Source: Fimbriosthenelais zetlandica
Taxonomy: Eukaryota
DNA length: 64,000 bases
Assembly (NCBI GenBank): GCA_977030845.1
Contig: OZ365110.1
Coordinates: 30,008,001-30,072,000, forward strand
Reading direction: 5' to 3'
Shown piece by piece: positions 26,277 through 39,721 of the stretch (positions are counted from its first letter, which is position 1; each line of letters starts with the position of its first letter). Position numbers and translations under genes: made by a program. Below the pieces are notes generated by a model, which saw nothing but the letters and a program-made list of their open reading frames with translations, was not told where the DNA came from and did not search any database.

Positions 26277-29200
26277 CTATATCATCTTCTCGTTTTTATC
26301 TTTTCTCCATAAGTTGGGATTGGCTCCATATGTATATAATATATATATTATATACATGTATACATATGCCTATAGGCATAGTCCTTATCTAACAGCTGGG
26401 TCATTGAACCGCTCATATGGATTCATTTTATCCATCATTATCCATGCGGTCAGGGTGGTCATAATTATCTCCCGATCCTCTTAATAAATTTATCACCAAT
26501 AACTGATTTAGACTCACTGACTATAGTCTATTGGTATTCTATATAGGTCCTAGGTATACAGTCCTATGCCATTGGCACAAAGCAGGAAAATCCATATTAT
26601 ATCAAAATATCATCTAGCCTAAATTTAGACCCTTTTTTTGTATCTCAATGAGATATTCACACTTCTTTTCACCTGAACAAACCCTTCCATGAAGCGACCT
26701 GAGGAGTCAAGTCTGGTTGTTTATATGTAGCATGAATAATGACCAGTGGCCAGCAGGGGATAATAAAGCCCTCCTAATGGTCACTACATGTTAGTCATGC
26801 CCTGTGGTGGGGGTCGGGATAATTTGGGTGGAATGGGGGCATTAATGGTCATTTAGCTAATGTCACGTTAGGGACCAACAAAGCCCGTTTCCATGCTTAT
26901 TATTGCACGGTTCAACATTTTTGGCCTTGAAATTCTAGTCCATGTATTGCTCTGCTATGTAGGCCTACATTGAAATTTCTTCATTGGTTATATACTCGAC
27001 GTAAAGAATTGCAAGGAAGGTAGTTTCATATGGTGGACTGTGTGGAAAATGGAGAAAAGTAGGCCTAGGCCTATAGCCTACGAAAGGCTGTCCATGGCTC
27101 GGGGCACGTCCCTTTACCCAACTGAGTGGACTGACCTGAGTTATTGATGATGTACGTTGAATACAATGATACCGAATGCTGTCCGTGGAGCCTGAGCTCC
27201 ATGTCTAATTATCTAATAGGAATTCCCTGTTTGAGGCTGACAGAAAGCCATAATGAGAAGCAGTCCCAATTAATTAACATGGTGCCACGTTGGACCCACC
27301 GCATAGCCAACTAAACCCGAAAATGCCCACAGGGCCCTATAAAGAAGGGGGAAGATACACAATTTTGTTCACAAACTATTGGGAAATGACTATGATTTGC
27401 CTGCCTATTTTCATGAGAGGTTGACTTTCATATGCTTATCTTTGTATTCATCCTTCATGTTCACCTCGTCCATGAAGCAAGACCCAGATTTTAGGGACAC
27501 CTGTGAGCCCCCAATCTCCCCTAAACCCTCCCACCCTCCTTTTAAAGGGACAAACACCTGTGTGGAGCTACAACCCCTGCTCTTCATGCACCTGCAAGCT
27601 TTTCCCACCCTTCTTGACGGGTATAATAGCTCCACAAATAGCCAGGGTCGGTCACAAACAATAACCCACCCTCCCCTAGCCGTATGCAGGCCCATGGAAT
27701 ATGGCCTTAAACCATGGGCTTTCCCAGGTTTGGGCGCCGATGTCAGTGCTCTCATGTCACCCCCAAATCCCCCTTTTATCATCCAGAAAATCTACCCATA
27801 TTTGTCCATCAAAACACAGGTCCATTCGATTTATAATTGTGATGAATTACATACTGCATTGAATAGACTTGGCAATGTAGGCCCTAATAATGCACCCAAT
27901 TGAAAGTATTTTTCATATATAGGCCTTAAATTAAGGATTTATGAATGTTCTGTTTTTGGGGATAATTCCTAGAATATTATATGGCATTTTAGATAAGTAG
28001 TATAAAATATTGTACGGAAGACAGATGGTAGATGGCTTGGTATTTTATAGCAAAAAACATTTTTTAAATGTACATTGTATTGTGTCCCAAACTCCACCTC
28101 CCCTGATCTTTTTCACTGGGTGTGAAATTTCTCCCGTGTTTTTCTCACACCTCTCACGGGCCTTCCACCCATACTAGCTGGCACTGAATTGATCGAGCGA
28201 CATGTGCAGCTATTGTATAAATGGTTTTATTCCCGTGACTGGTTGTTTAGAGGCGATAAAATCCGACAACAATGGCCTATCATTGTCACCATCCCTGCCC
28301 CTTCTTTGCCTCGCGTTCACTTCTCGTCCCCCGCGTGATTATGATGTCAATGCGCGAGATGGGTGCGCCGTGAGCTGGCCGCCACGCCCTCACTTGCCAA
28401 TCACGGACGTCAATCATCAAAATGAACATAATATGTGCAGACCTGGGCTGTAAATTATGTAGGAGGTGGCTATAAGAAAAAGTGATTAGTTAGATGACAC
28501 AAGTGGGATGAGATAGTGCAATTCAATGCGAAAATGGTGGAAAAGGTGAAGATTGAAATAATCAAAAGGTTGAATAGGCCTATGGGGAGAACTCTTCGGT
28601 CTATGTGAAAATAATTTAGGTATAGGGCTGTCACGAAGACGCTTATAATGTAGGTGTAAGAACTATAGAATTGAATGGAAAGCACAATCATATTTTAGGA
28701 GATATGATTTCTGACTCTCCTCTTCACTAGACCGAAACTAAGCCCTCTCAGCACGGATGAGAATTATTGTATTGACACCTGAAAGCCCTTAAATGACCCG
28801 GATCGGGGATTAAAGGCTGGGGGCTGACTGAGAAGTATTGTGAATGAGAATAGCAGGAATTCCAAGTATTTATCGGATGGTGGGACGGGGAGGGTGGGAA
28901 GGATGTCGAATACAGTGTTCTGATGCGAAATTGTGGAGATCACAGAAATGGGCTGACTGGTTTGTAAAAAGAAAAACATACAGAAAAAAACAGATGAGAT
29001 GCTAATGATAGGGCTATAAGATTTGGGCTATATTTCATATCACAGTGCTGGTACATAGGAGAGAATTTGGAATATAAAATACCAAAATCTGAAGGCTTTC
29101 CTGAGTCTGAATGCTTTCATATACATACATGTACATGTAAATACAATGTATAACTACTCCTTGGTAATCCGATCGAAGGTAGGCCTATTCTCCTATAGTC

Positions 29201-29617
29201 GTTGTTGTGTTGCGAAGTGGCTGTTGCTAAGGGGTTTATGTTGGGTTTATATCACACTATCTGTTGGGGAGTCAGATGGTAGATGCGGCACCGACTGGGT
29301 CGTCAATGATGGAATTCAACCGAACAAATCATTACAGTTCCAACATTTATTGAGGGTTACAAGTACAATGATAATGGGTGATATTGAGGTTAAGACAACT
29401 ATTACACGTACCTATTGAAGGAAGGGTGTTCTCTCTCTGTGTTTGTTTGAGGGTTAGGTATTTTGATAATATTGCCTATGGTCTCCAGGCTCCAAGAGAG
29501 AGTATATTGTAGAGAGTAGATGGAGGGAATGAAGGAAGAGGCTCTACTGAGACACAGAGGAGAGGATCCCTTTTTATATTGGCTTCTGGACGACCCAGGG
29601 CAGTGAGAATACATGTA

Positions 29618-29682
29618 TACGTCACATAGAAATCGTTTTCTTGTCTACGTCACATAGAAATCGTTTTCTTGTCTACGTCACA
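29618..29682. repeat. 28-bp tandem duplication (2.3 copies)
   Basis: TACGTCACATAGAAATCGTTTTCTTGTC twice, plus TACGTCACA. Confidence 0.9.
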
Positions 29683-30146
29683 AAGGGAAGAATTATGCGG
29701 GGGATAATTGATGTTTATACTTGTTCTTTGCTGAGTTGGAGAAGATCCAACTCTTACTCCAACACATTGTCCAAATGAGGGCAAACATGGACGATATAGG
29801 GATTGAACTCCTATTGCTGCAGGTCCAGAAGATCCAAATAAAAAGAAATAATATCAAAAAATAATGCAGACAGCTAATAACATATATTTATATATTTTTG
29901 TGTAAAAGCACAACCTACCATTAATTAGTGATTTCCATTATTAAATACGGAGGTCTATAGCATACAAACTTAATTTCCTCTATTCATGCACCATAATTAT
30001 ATTCTGTTCAGTGTTTTACTGGATTCTCTTATTCTTTATTGTTCCATTCAGTCAGACTTTAATGCTGCCTTATCTGAATAAAGCTAAAGGCAAAGGCCCT
30101 TTTATATTCAATTCTCTAGAGTACAGAATCTAACGGTGATGCGCGG

Positions 30147-30160
30147 GTTGCCATGGCAAT
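30147..30160. promoter_or_regulatory. RFX X-box beside a four-site E-box cluster
   Basis: GTTGCCATGGCAAT followed by four CAGGTG/CACCTG sites in 30178-30243. Confidence 0.55.
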
Positions 30161-33100
30161 GGGCGAGTTGGTGGTGTCCAGGTGATGCCCACCTGGACGC
30201 TGGAGCTTCTCTCACCTGCCCAGAGTGCCAGGTAAACACCTGGAGGGACGCTGGTAGTCTGCTAGGTACTAACAATGGTCACCTACCCACCCCCTCTCCC
30301 TTGTCTCACAACTCGGCAAAGTTACAAAAGGTGAAAGAGTTAGATTAAACTGTAGTGTGCATGTGTATATTTATGTTTTAATTCGTGTATGCCTATCATT
30401 CTTTGAGGGTTTTTTGTCTGTATATATATATGAAATAATTTCAAATAATTGAAACGTTTTTCATCCATGATCTTTGTGAGAAGGTACATTTTTATCCATT
30501 AACCACAGCCCTTTATGTTCTAAAATACTTCATCTAAAAAGAATGATGCTTCGACGAGATTAAAATCATGTTGTCATATAAAGGTGTATAATTAATACTA
30601 TATGCATTTGGTGATATGAGTTACGATTATGACCGTAAGTATCGTCTGGGTCAATTTAATTTAAAACTTTTACTAGGAAACCCCCCTGTCTTCCTCAGCA
30701 GGGATGAGGGGGTTGGATATGGGGGTGAGGGGTGCATGGCCCCACATGTGGCTTTATACAGAACGCCCGGAACCGTTGTGTGTCTGCGTACCTCTAATCA
30801 GCTGTTACTCTTGTGGTCTGACTTTTGTTATAAGTAGCTGACAACTGTTTTATTCTCTCTCTAATAATAGACCCCTGCTCCCCAGATGCTGCCAATCTGC
30901 CGCCCTTCCCCCAGCCGGACTTCTCCCGCCACATGCTTCTCTAACAGTGGTGTCGGGGTGGGGGGCGGTGGGGGCTAGTATTTGAGATGGAAAAAGGGTG
31001 AAATTAATACTCAGTATTACATTTTTGAGATATTACAAATATTAAAGAGAAACCATAATTTTGCTTATTTTTTCTGAAATTTCTTAATAATATTTCGCTA
31101 CGTGTATTGGACTGCATATTTTACGCCTAAATAACAAGACCAATAGATATTCATATTAACGGGTCATATTCAATCCATGAAAGTGCATGGTTTCAAAATT
31201 ACTTTTTTTTAGCTTAAAATAAATTCTTATATCATTACATTATTGGTACAAATAAAAAACTCGTTTTTTCCAAACATTAAATAATCAGATGATTGCATCA
31301 ATATGTTAGATTTAAAAGAAATAGTTGGGTAAGCCACCTGTCTCGCCTTCTGCTCCTCCAGATGTATCCAGAATGCCTGTGGCCGTTAGGACCAGCGTTT
31401 CTCCGGCGTCTGTTGTTGCCACACACACCCACCTACTCCAGGTGCGAGCTGCACACGCGCATTGCACGTCGCTACAGATGCTTCCTCCTACACTCAACAA
31501 TTAACTACGTCAACATCTGCCCCCCACCCTACCGCGCATGCGTCCTAAAGGGGGCTTCCGGGGGAAATTTATGATGGTTCAGGTGGGTTCACTGTTTTAT
31601 ATTCCAGCAAATTTCTTTCAAACGAATCAGCTATTTGCAATCAGCTAGATTAAAATAAAACATATCAGCTAAAACTGTAATAGGCTAGAACTAATAAAAT
31701 GAAGCTGAACTTCCATTGGGAGCTGGCGCCATTTCTCCACCTTATGGCTCAAACGTGCCGGGAGCGATGGGCATGTGCAGTATCAGCTGGTGAGATAGGT
31801 GATAACTTTTCTTCACGTCTAACTTGTAATTTACACGGGTATCTCTAGATCCGCTGATAGGAAAACATATGGAAGGCGGCGGGTCATTTCTCCTATCAGA
31901 TGAAGATTCTCACCATCAGTGAATAGGCAATACCCAGATGCTTATAAGGGATTTTCTGTCAGAATGTTCATATTTAATCAAACAATATACCGTAAGAACT
32001 TCAATAAGCCTAATAACATACTGTGCACAACGGGATAAAGATAGATGATTTACGACACAATTGGCGATATTGCACAACCACAAACATGACAGGGTTGTGC
32101 ATGGCGTTTTCCTATTCCGAACCTCATCTTTTTTTTAAAGTGGTGACTCCATATTGTACCTGAATCATATTATAATGTTCTAATGACTCAGTAATCATTA
32201 TAACTGTCAGTAACACTGCAGGTGGCTAACGTATTCATTCCAGTCACACCCTCTTCCGGTCACTCATTTCTATGGCTCGAGGCTATATCACGCATTCATT
32301 AAGAATAATTTTTCACGTGCTACACAATTGGGAAGGCAAAAATCTCAAAATCGTAAACAAAAAAAACAAGCAAACAAACCTATAATTCATAGAACAATAT
32401 ATAGGGCGATATCCATAGATTGGTTTACAGAAATGAATCTAAATCTACTATATCCCTGCCTGGGTCAGTGGGACTTGTTCCTATACTACTAGCTTACATC
32501 ATTGAAATAGATCTTGAAGTTCTAACCTAGCCCAGTGAAGTGGAAATCCAGATCCATGGTGATTTATTAGGTGAGCGTACAGGTAAAAGCATCGCGTTAA
32601 TAAGCTGATAAAGTTACCTGAAGTGGTAGTTATACACTCCTTCATTAGCAGTGGAGAGTTATTGAAAGATAAGGAAATGTTTGACTCACAAATCACTTCT
32701 ACACCTTTAATATAGACATAGACTGGTAATTTACTCTTCAGTCGTAGCCTATTTTTAGACTAGCCGAATACAACTATACACTGTAGGCCTATGGATTTGA
32801 ATGAATTTGAAAGTACCAGTATATTCAATAATATACTGTAAATATTTCAACCATGAGGCATGACATGAGGCTACTTTTCTGTACTGCCAGATGATATTCC
32901 ATAAATTGCTATATCTTTTCAATTGCGGAACCAAATCCCTTATTGTGCAACCTGTTAGTTGAGCAAAAACGTTGGATTATTAAAAAAACGAAAGGTAAAA
33001 TGAACGAAGCCATTTGTCGATGAGCTTATCAGTGTTTTTTAAATCAAGTTTCCGCCTCGTTTGTCCTGTGACCACCAGGTGTCCTCCAACAAAGTTGTAT

Positions 33101-34799
33101 AGAGAAGAATGGGGGAATATAGCAGCTGGGGAAAGCCTACAAGTCAGGGATAAGGTCCAATCAAAACAAAAGCTGCACAAGCGACATCTGTCAATCAATC
33201 AAGGTGAATTCTGCTCACCTGGACGACGTATGTGACGTCATCTATCAGCTGCTGGTAGCTCAATCTAGCTAATCACACATTTAACTGATCTCATCAAGAA
33301 AACATTTTGATTTTCATCAATGTTTTATGTCGTAGGATGGACCGAAAAGGTTTTTCTTCAGGAGACATCAATACAACCTTTCTCCACCATGTCCCCTTTC
33401 TACCTGACCCTTCTCGCCCCTTCCCATCTCTCCCTGTCCTTGTACAACGCTGTCAGATGTAGAACAATCGGGGGCCACACAGGCATTGAGTTTCTAAGAT
33501 CCTAATTATCAGGTGAGAGACAGGTGAGTTAATTAATGATCTCATTAACCAATATCAACTTACACCTGCGTCTCAGGCCTGTGTATGTACCAGCCTGTTT
33601 GATCCCACTAGTTTCAGTCAGATTTCTTGAGCACTGATCTATATCAGGCTCCGAAACCTGGAATTTGGGGTAGTTTTATATTAGATAGGGTGAGGTTTTT
33701 TCTATAGGTGACGGGTAAATGTGCCCACAAACTAATCCGATTCTCCAATTTGTCGCCATCCGGGGCCTGTTTCAAAAGGAAATGCAATGCTAAGTCTATG
33801 CCTATGGCTGATATTCGTATTTGATACAGGCGCCTGATCCACCATTTCTAATAACATCCAATGATTGAATTTGTATCCGTGGTTACCCTTACCTAGGTGT
33901 TAGAGACTTAAAAGTACAAGTATTATTTTTAAGAACTGAAGTTAGTTTAAAAATGGTAGAGAGTTTATGGAGCTTTTTGACTTTGTTTATTGATGGGTTT
34001 TATTGGGGTTTGTCTAGCTTAAAGAGCCCCTCTTACATGTCTGAGCTTTAACAATGGTATAGGGCGGAGCAGGTGCATGGATGGGTGGGGGAGACACAGC
34101 TAAAGAGTAGATGGCAGCTGCTGGCTAGGTTGCTCATATCGGGTAGGTTGACTTGTAGTTTATAATACATGTATCTAAATAAACCTCCTGAATGTATGAT
34201 ATCAGTCACCATTTTAATAATTATAATCCTATATTATTATTTTAATCCCTCTTGTCTAGAATTGTCCTCTTTTTCCCGCTATTCACTTCCCACCCCCTTC
34301 CTCCGCACCCCGCCCTCAATCGGCTTTAAGAAATTAAGATGGGATTTTCATGGAGATCGATATGAATTGCCCATGATTAATGTTAAATACAAGTTTTCAC
34401 CATTTTCGAAGCCCCTATTTTTACTATTAATTTTGAACTTTCATGTTGTGAAAGAAAATTACTCGAGATACTATAATGTTTGTACATGCCAACTGGGTTT
34501 AAACTAAACCATCTCCTGATAGGAAGCATAATATTGATTTAGTGCCGGATCAGTTTTGTGTCAATAACTAAACCAATGCATTCATCCTGTATGGTCCTGT
34601 ATTGTTTCATTAATATTTCCAATTTTAAACGCTTAAATCATTTACAGCAAATTATACCGTACAGCAAATCAAACTAAATAATTTCTCCATTTTTTTTCGA
34701 TATTTTTGTTATTAATATAATATAGGTAGCTACTTGATATCCTAGAAAACGGACACACTTGCTTCCCCTAGAATTAATGTTGTGGGTGTATCGATCCTC

Positions 34800-34970
34800 G
34801 CGCTTTATACTACGCATGCGCGGAAGACGGTTTATCCAATCGTCGGCCAGGTGAGGCGCCACCTGGAGGAAACATCCGGACTCTCTTCATCCCGTCACGT
34901 GACTTACCGAGCAGTCACGTGAGAGGGGTCACGTGCATTTGTGACACTGATTACGGCCGCACGTGCGGAG
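34800..34970. promoter_or_regulatory. CpG-rich promoter with four CACGTG boxes
   Basis: NRF1-like CGCATGCGC, CCAAT, GTCACGTGAC 34894-34903, and further CACGTG at 34916, 34930 and 34960. Confidence 0.6.
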
Positions 34971-35900
34971 GAAAGGCGGGTGGTTGTGTGGGGGTAAAAT
35001 CCGCGTTGTGGTGGGTAGAGATGGGGGCAAGACCAGGGAAGATTGTGATTATAAGGGAAAAATAGATTTGATGACAGAAAATTGTAAAATGGAATTATGA
35101 TTTTAGAAACCTTTGCTGTAGGAGTGAAGGTAAGAGAGATGCAGTCCTTCTTTTCAAAATCGTCTACGGCTGTCAAAAGACAGGAGCTATAGGCCTATTA
35201 TAGCCTAGGTGGCAAAATAATTCATCGTTAGATATTTAGCAATATGGAATGTTTTACAAGTGTCTAAATCATTTTTCTAGTTAATTTTGTTGATATAAGT
35301 TGGGTTTTGGTGCAGCCTGCCTCGCAGCACCAACACAGGTGCTCCCCACCTGGCTATCGTTAGAGGAGCTAGAGAGCCGCCCTGAGCGCCGTCTGGTGAC
35401 AATGGGTGGAAGTGAGAACAATGGTGGATGGGGGCAGGCCGCCAGGGGCACTGAATGCTGGTGAGAGGGCGTGGTAGGCCTATGTACATACAGGTGTTCA
35501 TATTGGTCCTTTATTATGAACCCCTGGTGCCGGCAGGACAGAGGTGTGGCGGCACTTCTCGGAAGAGTTCTAGGCGTGTTGATGTCTTTAAATCTCCACC
35601 AAATCACTAGTTATTTGAAAATGTATAAAACTGAAATCATTTGATATCAAATACCCATTATAATGCCCAATTATTTTCATAAATGACTAATTTTCCCATA
35701 GTAAAAAACAACGTAGGACTATGTGACATTTTGATCAAATCATAATCTATTCAAATGAAGACATTCAGAAACGTATACAGCAGCCTAAGTTACGCAAAAG
35801 TAAATGTGAAATAGTGTGTGTAGGCCTATTGTAACCAATTGAGTGATTCAATGGAGGATTCATGTGTCTGCATGGCTCATTTCCTCACAATGACCACATG

Positions 35901-35914
35901 GTTGCTATAGCAAC
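35901..35914. promoter_or_regulatory. RFX X-box (perfect palindrome)
   Basis: GTTGCTATAGCAAC. Confidence 0.6.
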
Positions 35915-38900
35915 TCTGCCTTTTCCAGGTGTGTGGTGGACTATATAGATGTGAGTCGTTGATGGCCATTTGTTAGGGTCATTTTAACGTCACAGTTAAC
36001 GTGACGCCATAATGATCCAAGGTCAGCCACGAGCATGCGACGTTTAATGTCAATGACGAACGTCATGCGAGATCACATGATGAGGTGACGTTTGTCATGG
36101 TAGATTAGTACGACGTCATGGATCAGCGTCCCTAACAGGGGTTGGTAGGACAAATGGGGTAATTTGTCATGATTAATGTGGTGATGAAAACACTTTTTTG
36201 TTCAACTTTCTTGATTTTACCCCGATGCTCGTTTTCTTCTCCGTCTAAAGGCATTAGAGAAAGATTTCCAAGCTAAAAGATGTCCATTTACAGAAATCTG
36301 TTAGCGGCATTGTAAAATGTGTAAGTGTTTACTTAACAAGATGAATGACAATACTTTAACCTTTGCCCTTTGCAAATACTACCCCCATTTTACCAAAAAC
36401 AGTCATTAATTCAAATTTCCCTTTAAAAGCTTTGCAGTGGTATGGCATGAATTGGCGCTTTAAACCAGCAGCCTTTGCCCCATCAAAGATGAAAGCAAAA
36501 AGTTACAGCAAGCTATACACACGCTTTCACTGTCTAAGGGCAATTAATTTAAATTTTTTAAATTTCTTTTCTGATAAAATTAGGAATGGTAACATTGAGG
36601 TGGGGGCAGGTGCTGAATGTGTAAGGTATTTTTCCTCCGTCCATCTGTCCTAACGTCGGACAATAGTGACCATTGTAAGCAGGGCTGAATCCCAAGCTTC
36701 TTCCCGATGGTTGCTATAGTAATGACAGGTGCGCCCCAGGTGTGGGGGATCGGAATCGGAATCGCTCTCATTTGATGTAACTTTCCTCCTCGGTCGGTAG
36801 AGATCTGACTTATAAAGGGGATTGCTTGTAATCATGTATCCAGGTATGGATATCTCTCTAGGGGTCCAGTCAGTATATATAATGAGAGAAGACCAGCGTT
36901 CCATAATTATCTTAAGTACATGGATGTATAGTTTCATTTTCTGAACAATTAACAATATATTCATGGTTGGTTCATGCTCATGTTCTCGGAACGCACCCAA
37001 GACATGATTAAGGATTGATTTGAGGTACAAAGTAGTCTATAGGTGAGGTGTGATTGTCAGGTGGGCGATATACAGGTGTCCATCAATCATTTACATCATA
37101 AGAGCACCACCTGGTGGAATGGAGATGGGAGGGGATAATGTTATGTAATATATTCTCGCCTTACTACCTATTACCTCATGCCAAATTCCTCTATAAATGA
37201 TACCAGTAGAGCGGGCTTTTCAGTGTATACGTTTGTATAGCCTATACTTGTGATTTCGCTGAAAATCTCATTTCTTTTTTAATATAATGCACAAAATGAA
37301 TGACTAGTCCTATATAATATATTACATATAATATTATGAATACTAATACTTAATTTTCATAATAGGCCTAGTTCATATGGTGTCCATAAAGCTGTCGGGG
37401 ATACCATTGATATCAATCCACACCTCATCGTAAGAGGCTTGTTTAACTTGTACCCCCACAGGTGTTCCCACACCTGGGTTTTCCGAGCACCCTGGTAGGC
37501 TGGGGTACTTAATAATACCCCCTTTTATTGGGACTCCGCCCCATCAACCCTTTATGTACTAATCTATACAAGTTTCCTTCACTTACACGCTCCTCAACAC
37601 CTGCAGACTATCTTCTCGGAAGCTCCGAGATTGGGTCCCTTGTTAAACTGCAGGATTTAATATGGCATTGTATTTTGGCATTCATGCAAGGTGGGGTTCC
37701 ATATACATACGATTATATCTCTACCCTAGTGAAATATACCCTAAATGTGATAAATACGATAGACTACCTTATATCCTGAGGTGCAAAGATGTGGCCGTGG
37801 CGTCTTGTGGGATTAGGCCTATGTGGCCATTTTTCGGGAGTAGCTATGGCCTAGTCTCGCCTATTCATCTTTGAGTTTGTCAAATATTTAGGAAAATGTT
37901 AATAATTGTCCTGCTTTGTTGGCAGTTTAAATCATATTGAAATTTAATAATAGAGTGTGTCTTACATGTGTAGGCCTAATAGAGTAGTTAGTTGTCTGGA
38001 TCTGCATGTAGATGTCTTACGTTAAGGTAATTCCTGCTATATATATATGCAACACCCCCACCCCCGCCCCTCTTTTAACCCTTTAACCACCTCCTACCTT
38101 GTAACACCTTGAGGACACTAGGTGTTACGTCGAGAGTTTCTATGACAACATTAGGTCGCAGCGCCCTTATATTATTCCGGGAGTACGTGTTTATGTGCCT
38201 TGAAAAGAGACCTATTATCGCTCAGTTGGAAGTTCTCCCCTCCTGCAGTGAAACCTCTCAATAGTATACCGTATTTGGCCCGAGATGGTACTTCACGTCA
38301 AAAGTTTCTCTACTTTTGCTGTAGGCCTAGATTTATTCAATCATAGCGCTAGGAATCGTATAGGCCTATTATATGTTAAAATATCACAAGGCCTAGCTGG
38401 TAGGCCATATTGTAAAAAGAGATGATCAAACAACATAATATGAGTCTCTCTTCCTTTGCCTAGGTCTATATCAGAGGCATATTTCTTACCAAAATTAATT
38501 GTTACAGTATAGATTGCTCGTAAGTAGGCCTAATATTATGTATCAAATGTCATTAGCGAAGCCTATACTACATCCGACGACTTTGGCTTCGAGTTGTTCC
38601 CGCCAAATTCCAGCTTGGCATGCGGAAGAGCATCTGTCATGCGAGGTAATGACAGTTGCCACTAGGGGGCTCTGTATGTCAGCGGGTGACTTACATACAG
38701 ACACCAGGCATAATTAATTCATATCACACTCATTACCCACCCCTAATAAGCTTAATTACTTAATGGACTAATGTGAGTAAAAAAGAGCAAATGCAAACGC
38801 TTTTAAAATCTGTCCATTGTCATTTTTTTCGGAATATTAATGAAAAAGACTGCGTGGAAGTTAAGTGACTTAAGGTAAATTTGAATGAGCCTCAATTAAA

Positions 38901-39572
38901 ACTGTGGCTCACTTTAATTTCTATTGTTGTCTCCTGAATTGAAGAGTTTTTTAAGAGTATAATTATGACAAGATTCATGATAACATTCTATGTTCCATGA
39001 TAAATCTGGACTTCGAAACTAGTTCCATGTCAAAATTCAAATTGTTACTATTAATTCTGATCTAATTAAAAGGGCCGAACAAGAGTACTCTAGAAATGAA
39101 CATCCAATCTGCTTGCCTATGCAATTGCCAGCATGAAATGCTGACCAAGGTTAATTCAGGGATTGCTATATAGTAACGCCAGTTTAGTGATAAAATAACG
39201 AAATAAAATCATAAAATGTTCTGTCCTTCCGTTTCTGCCAATATACCCTCCATAAGAAAAACCTCTGATAATAATATAGGCCTAGATTTTTATCATCTTT
39301 ACATGGCATATGTATCAACTGTTGTCTGAAATATTAATTATTTAACTTGTGTTATCGCCAATGACTGGCATAAGGGCGGAGACTGTGCTATGTGTATCTC
39401 CTAGTCGTTTGATAAGACTATCAGAATGAATAAATGAGTGAGTAGGTGTGTATGATATAGGCGTGGTCAGTTGTACATAGATACACACACCTGTCTACCA
39501 CTCTATCCTCATCCTCTCACCTGCCGGACTCCTTCCAAACAGGTGGCGGCCTTACGGCCCTCCAGTAGAAAA

Positions 39573-39721
39573 GGCGCGAAAAGATAAAAGCGCGAAAACG
39601 GCAGCAGACGACATCTGCACCGCTTCCAAAATGCCAATGGAATGGACAGTTTGTTTGAAGCAATTAAAGAATTATCTTCAGTCCAATATGGCCTCCCCGG
39701 TGTGACTTTGAAGCGGGAAAA
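39573..39721. promoter_or_regulatory. E2F/CHR-like motif cluster
   Basis: GGCGCGAAAA 39573, GCGCGAAAA 39590, GCGGGAAAA 39713; TTTGAA at 39654 and 39707. Confidence 0.4.

Noticed and set aside
27379-27903. 174-aa plus-strand ORF and its 123-aa antisense ORF
   Set aside because: TTG start, no domain, no convincing splice sites; overlaps an E-box cluster.
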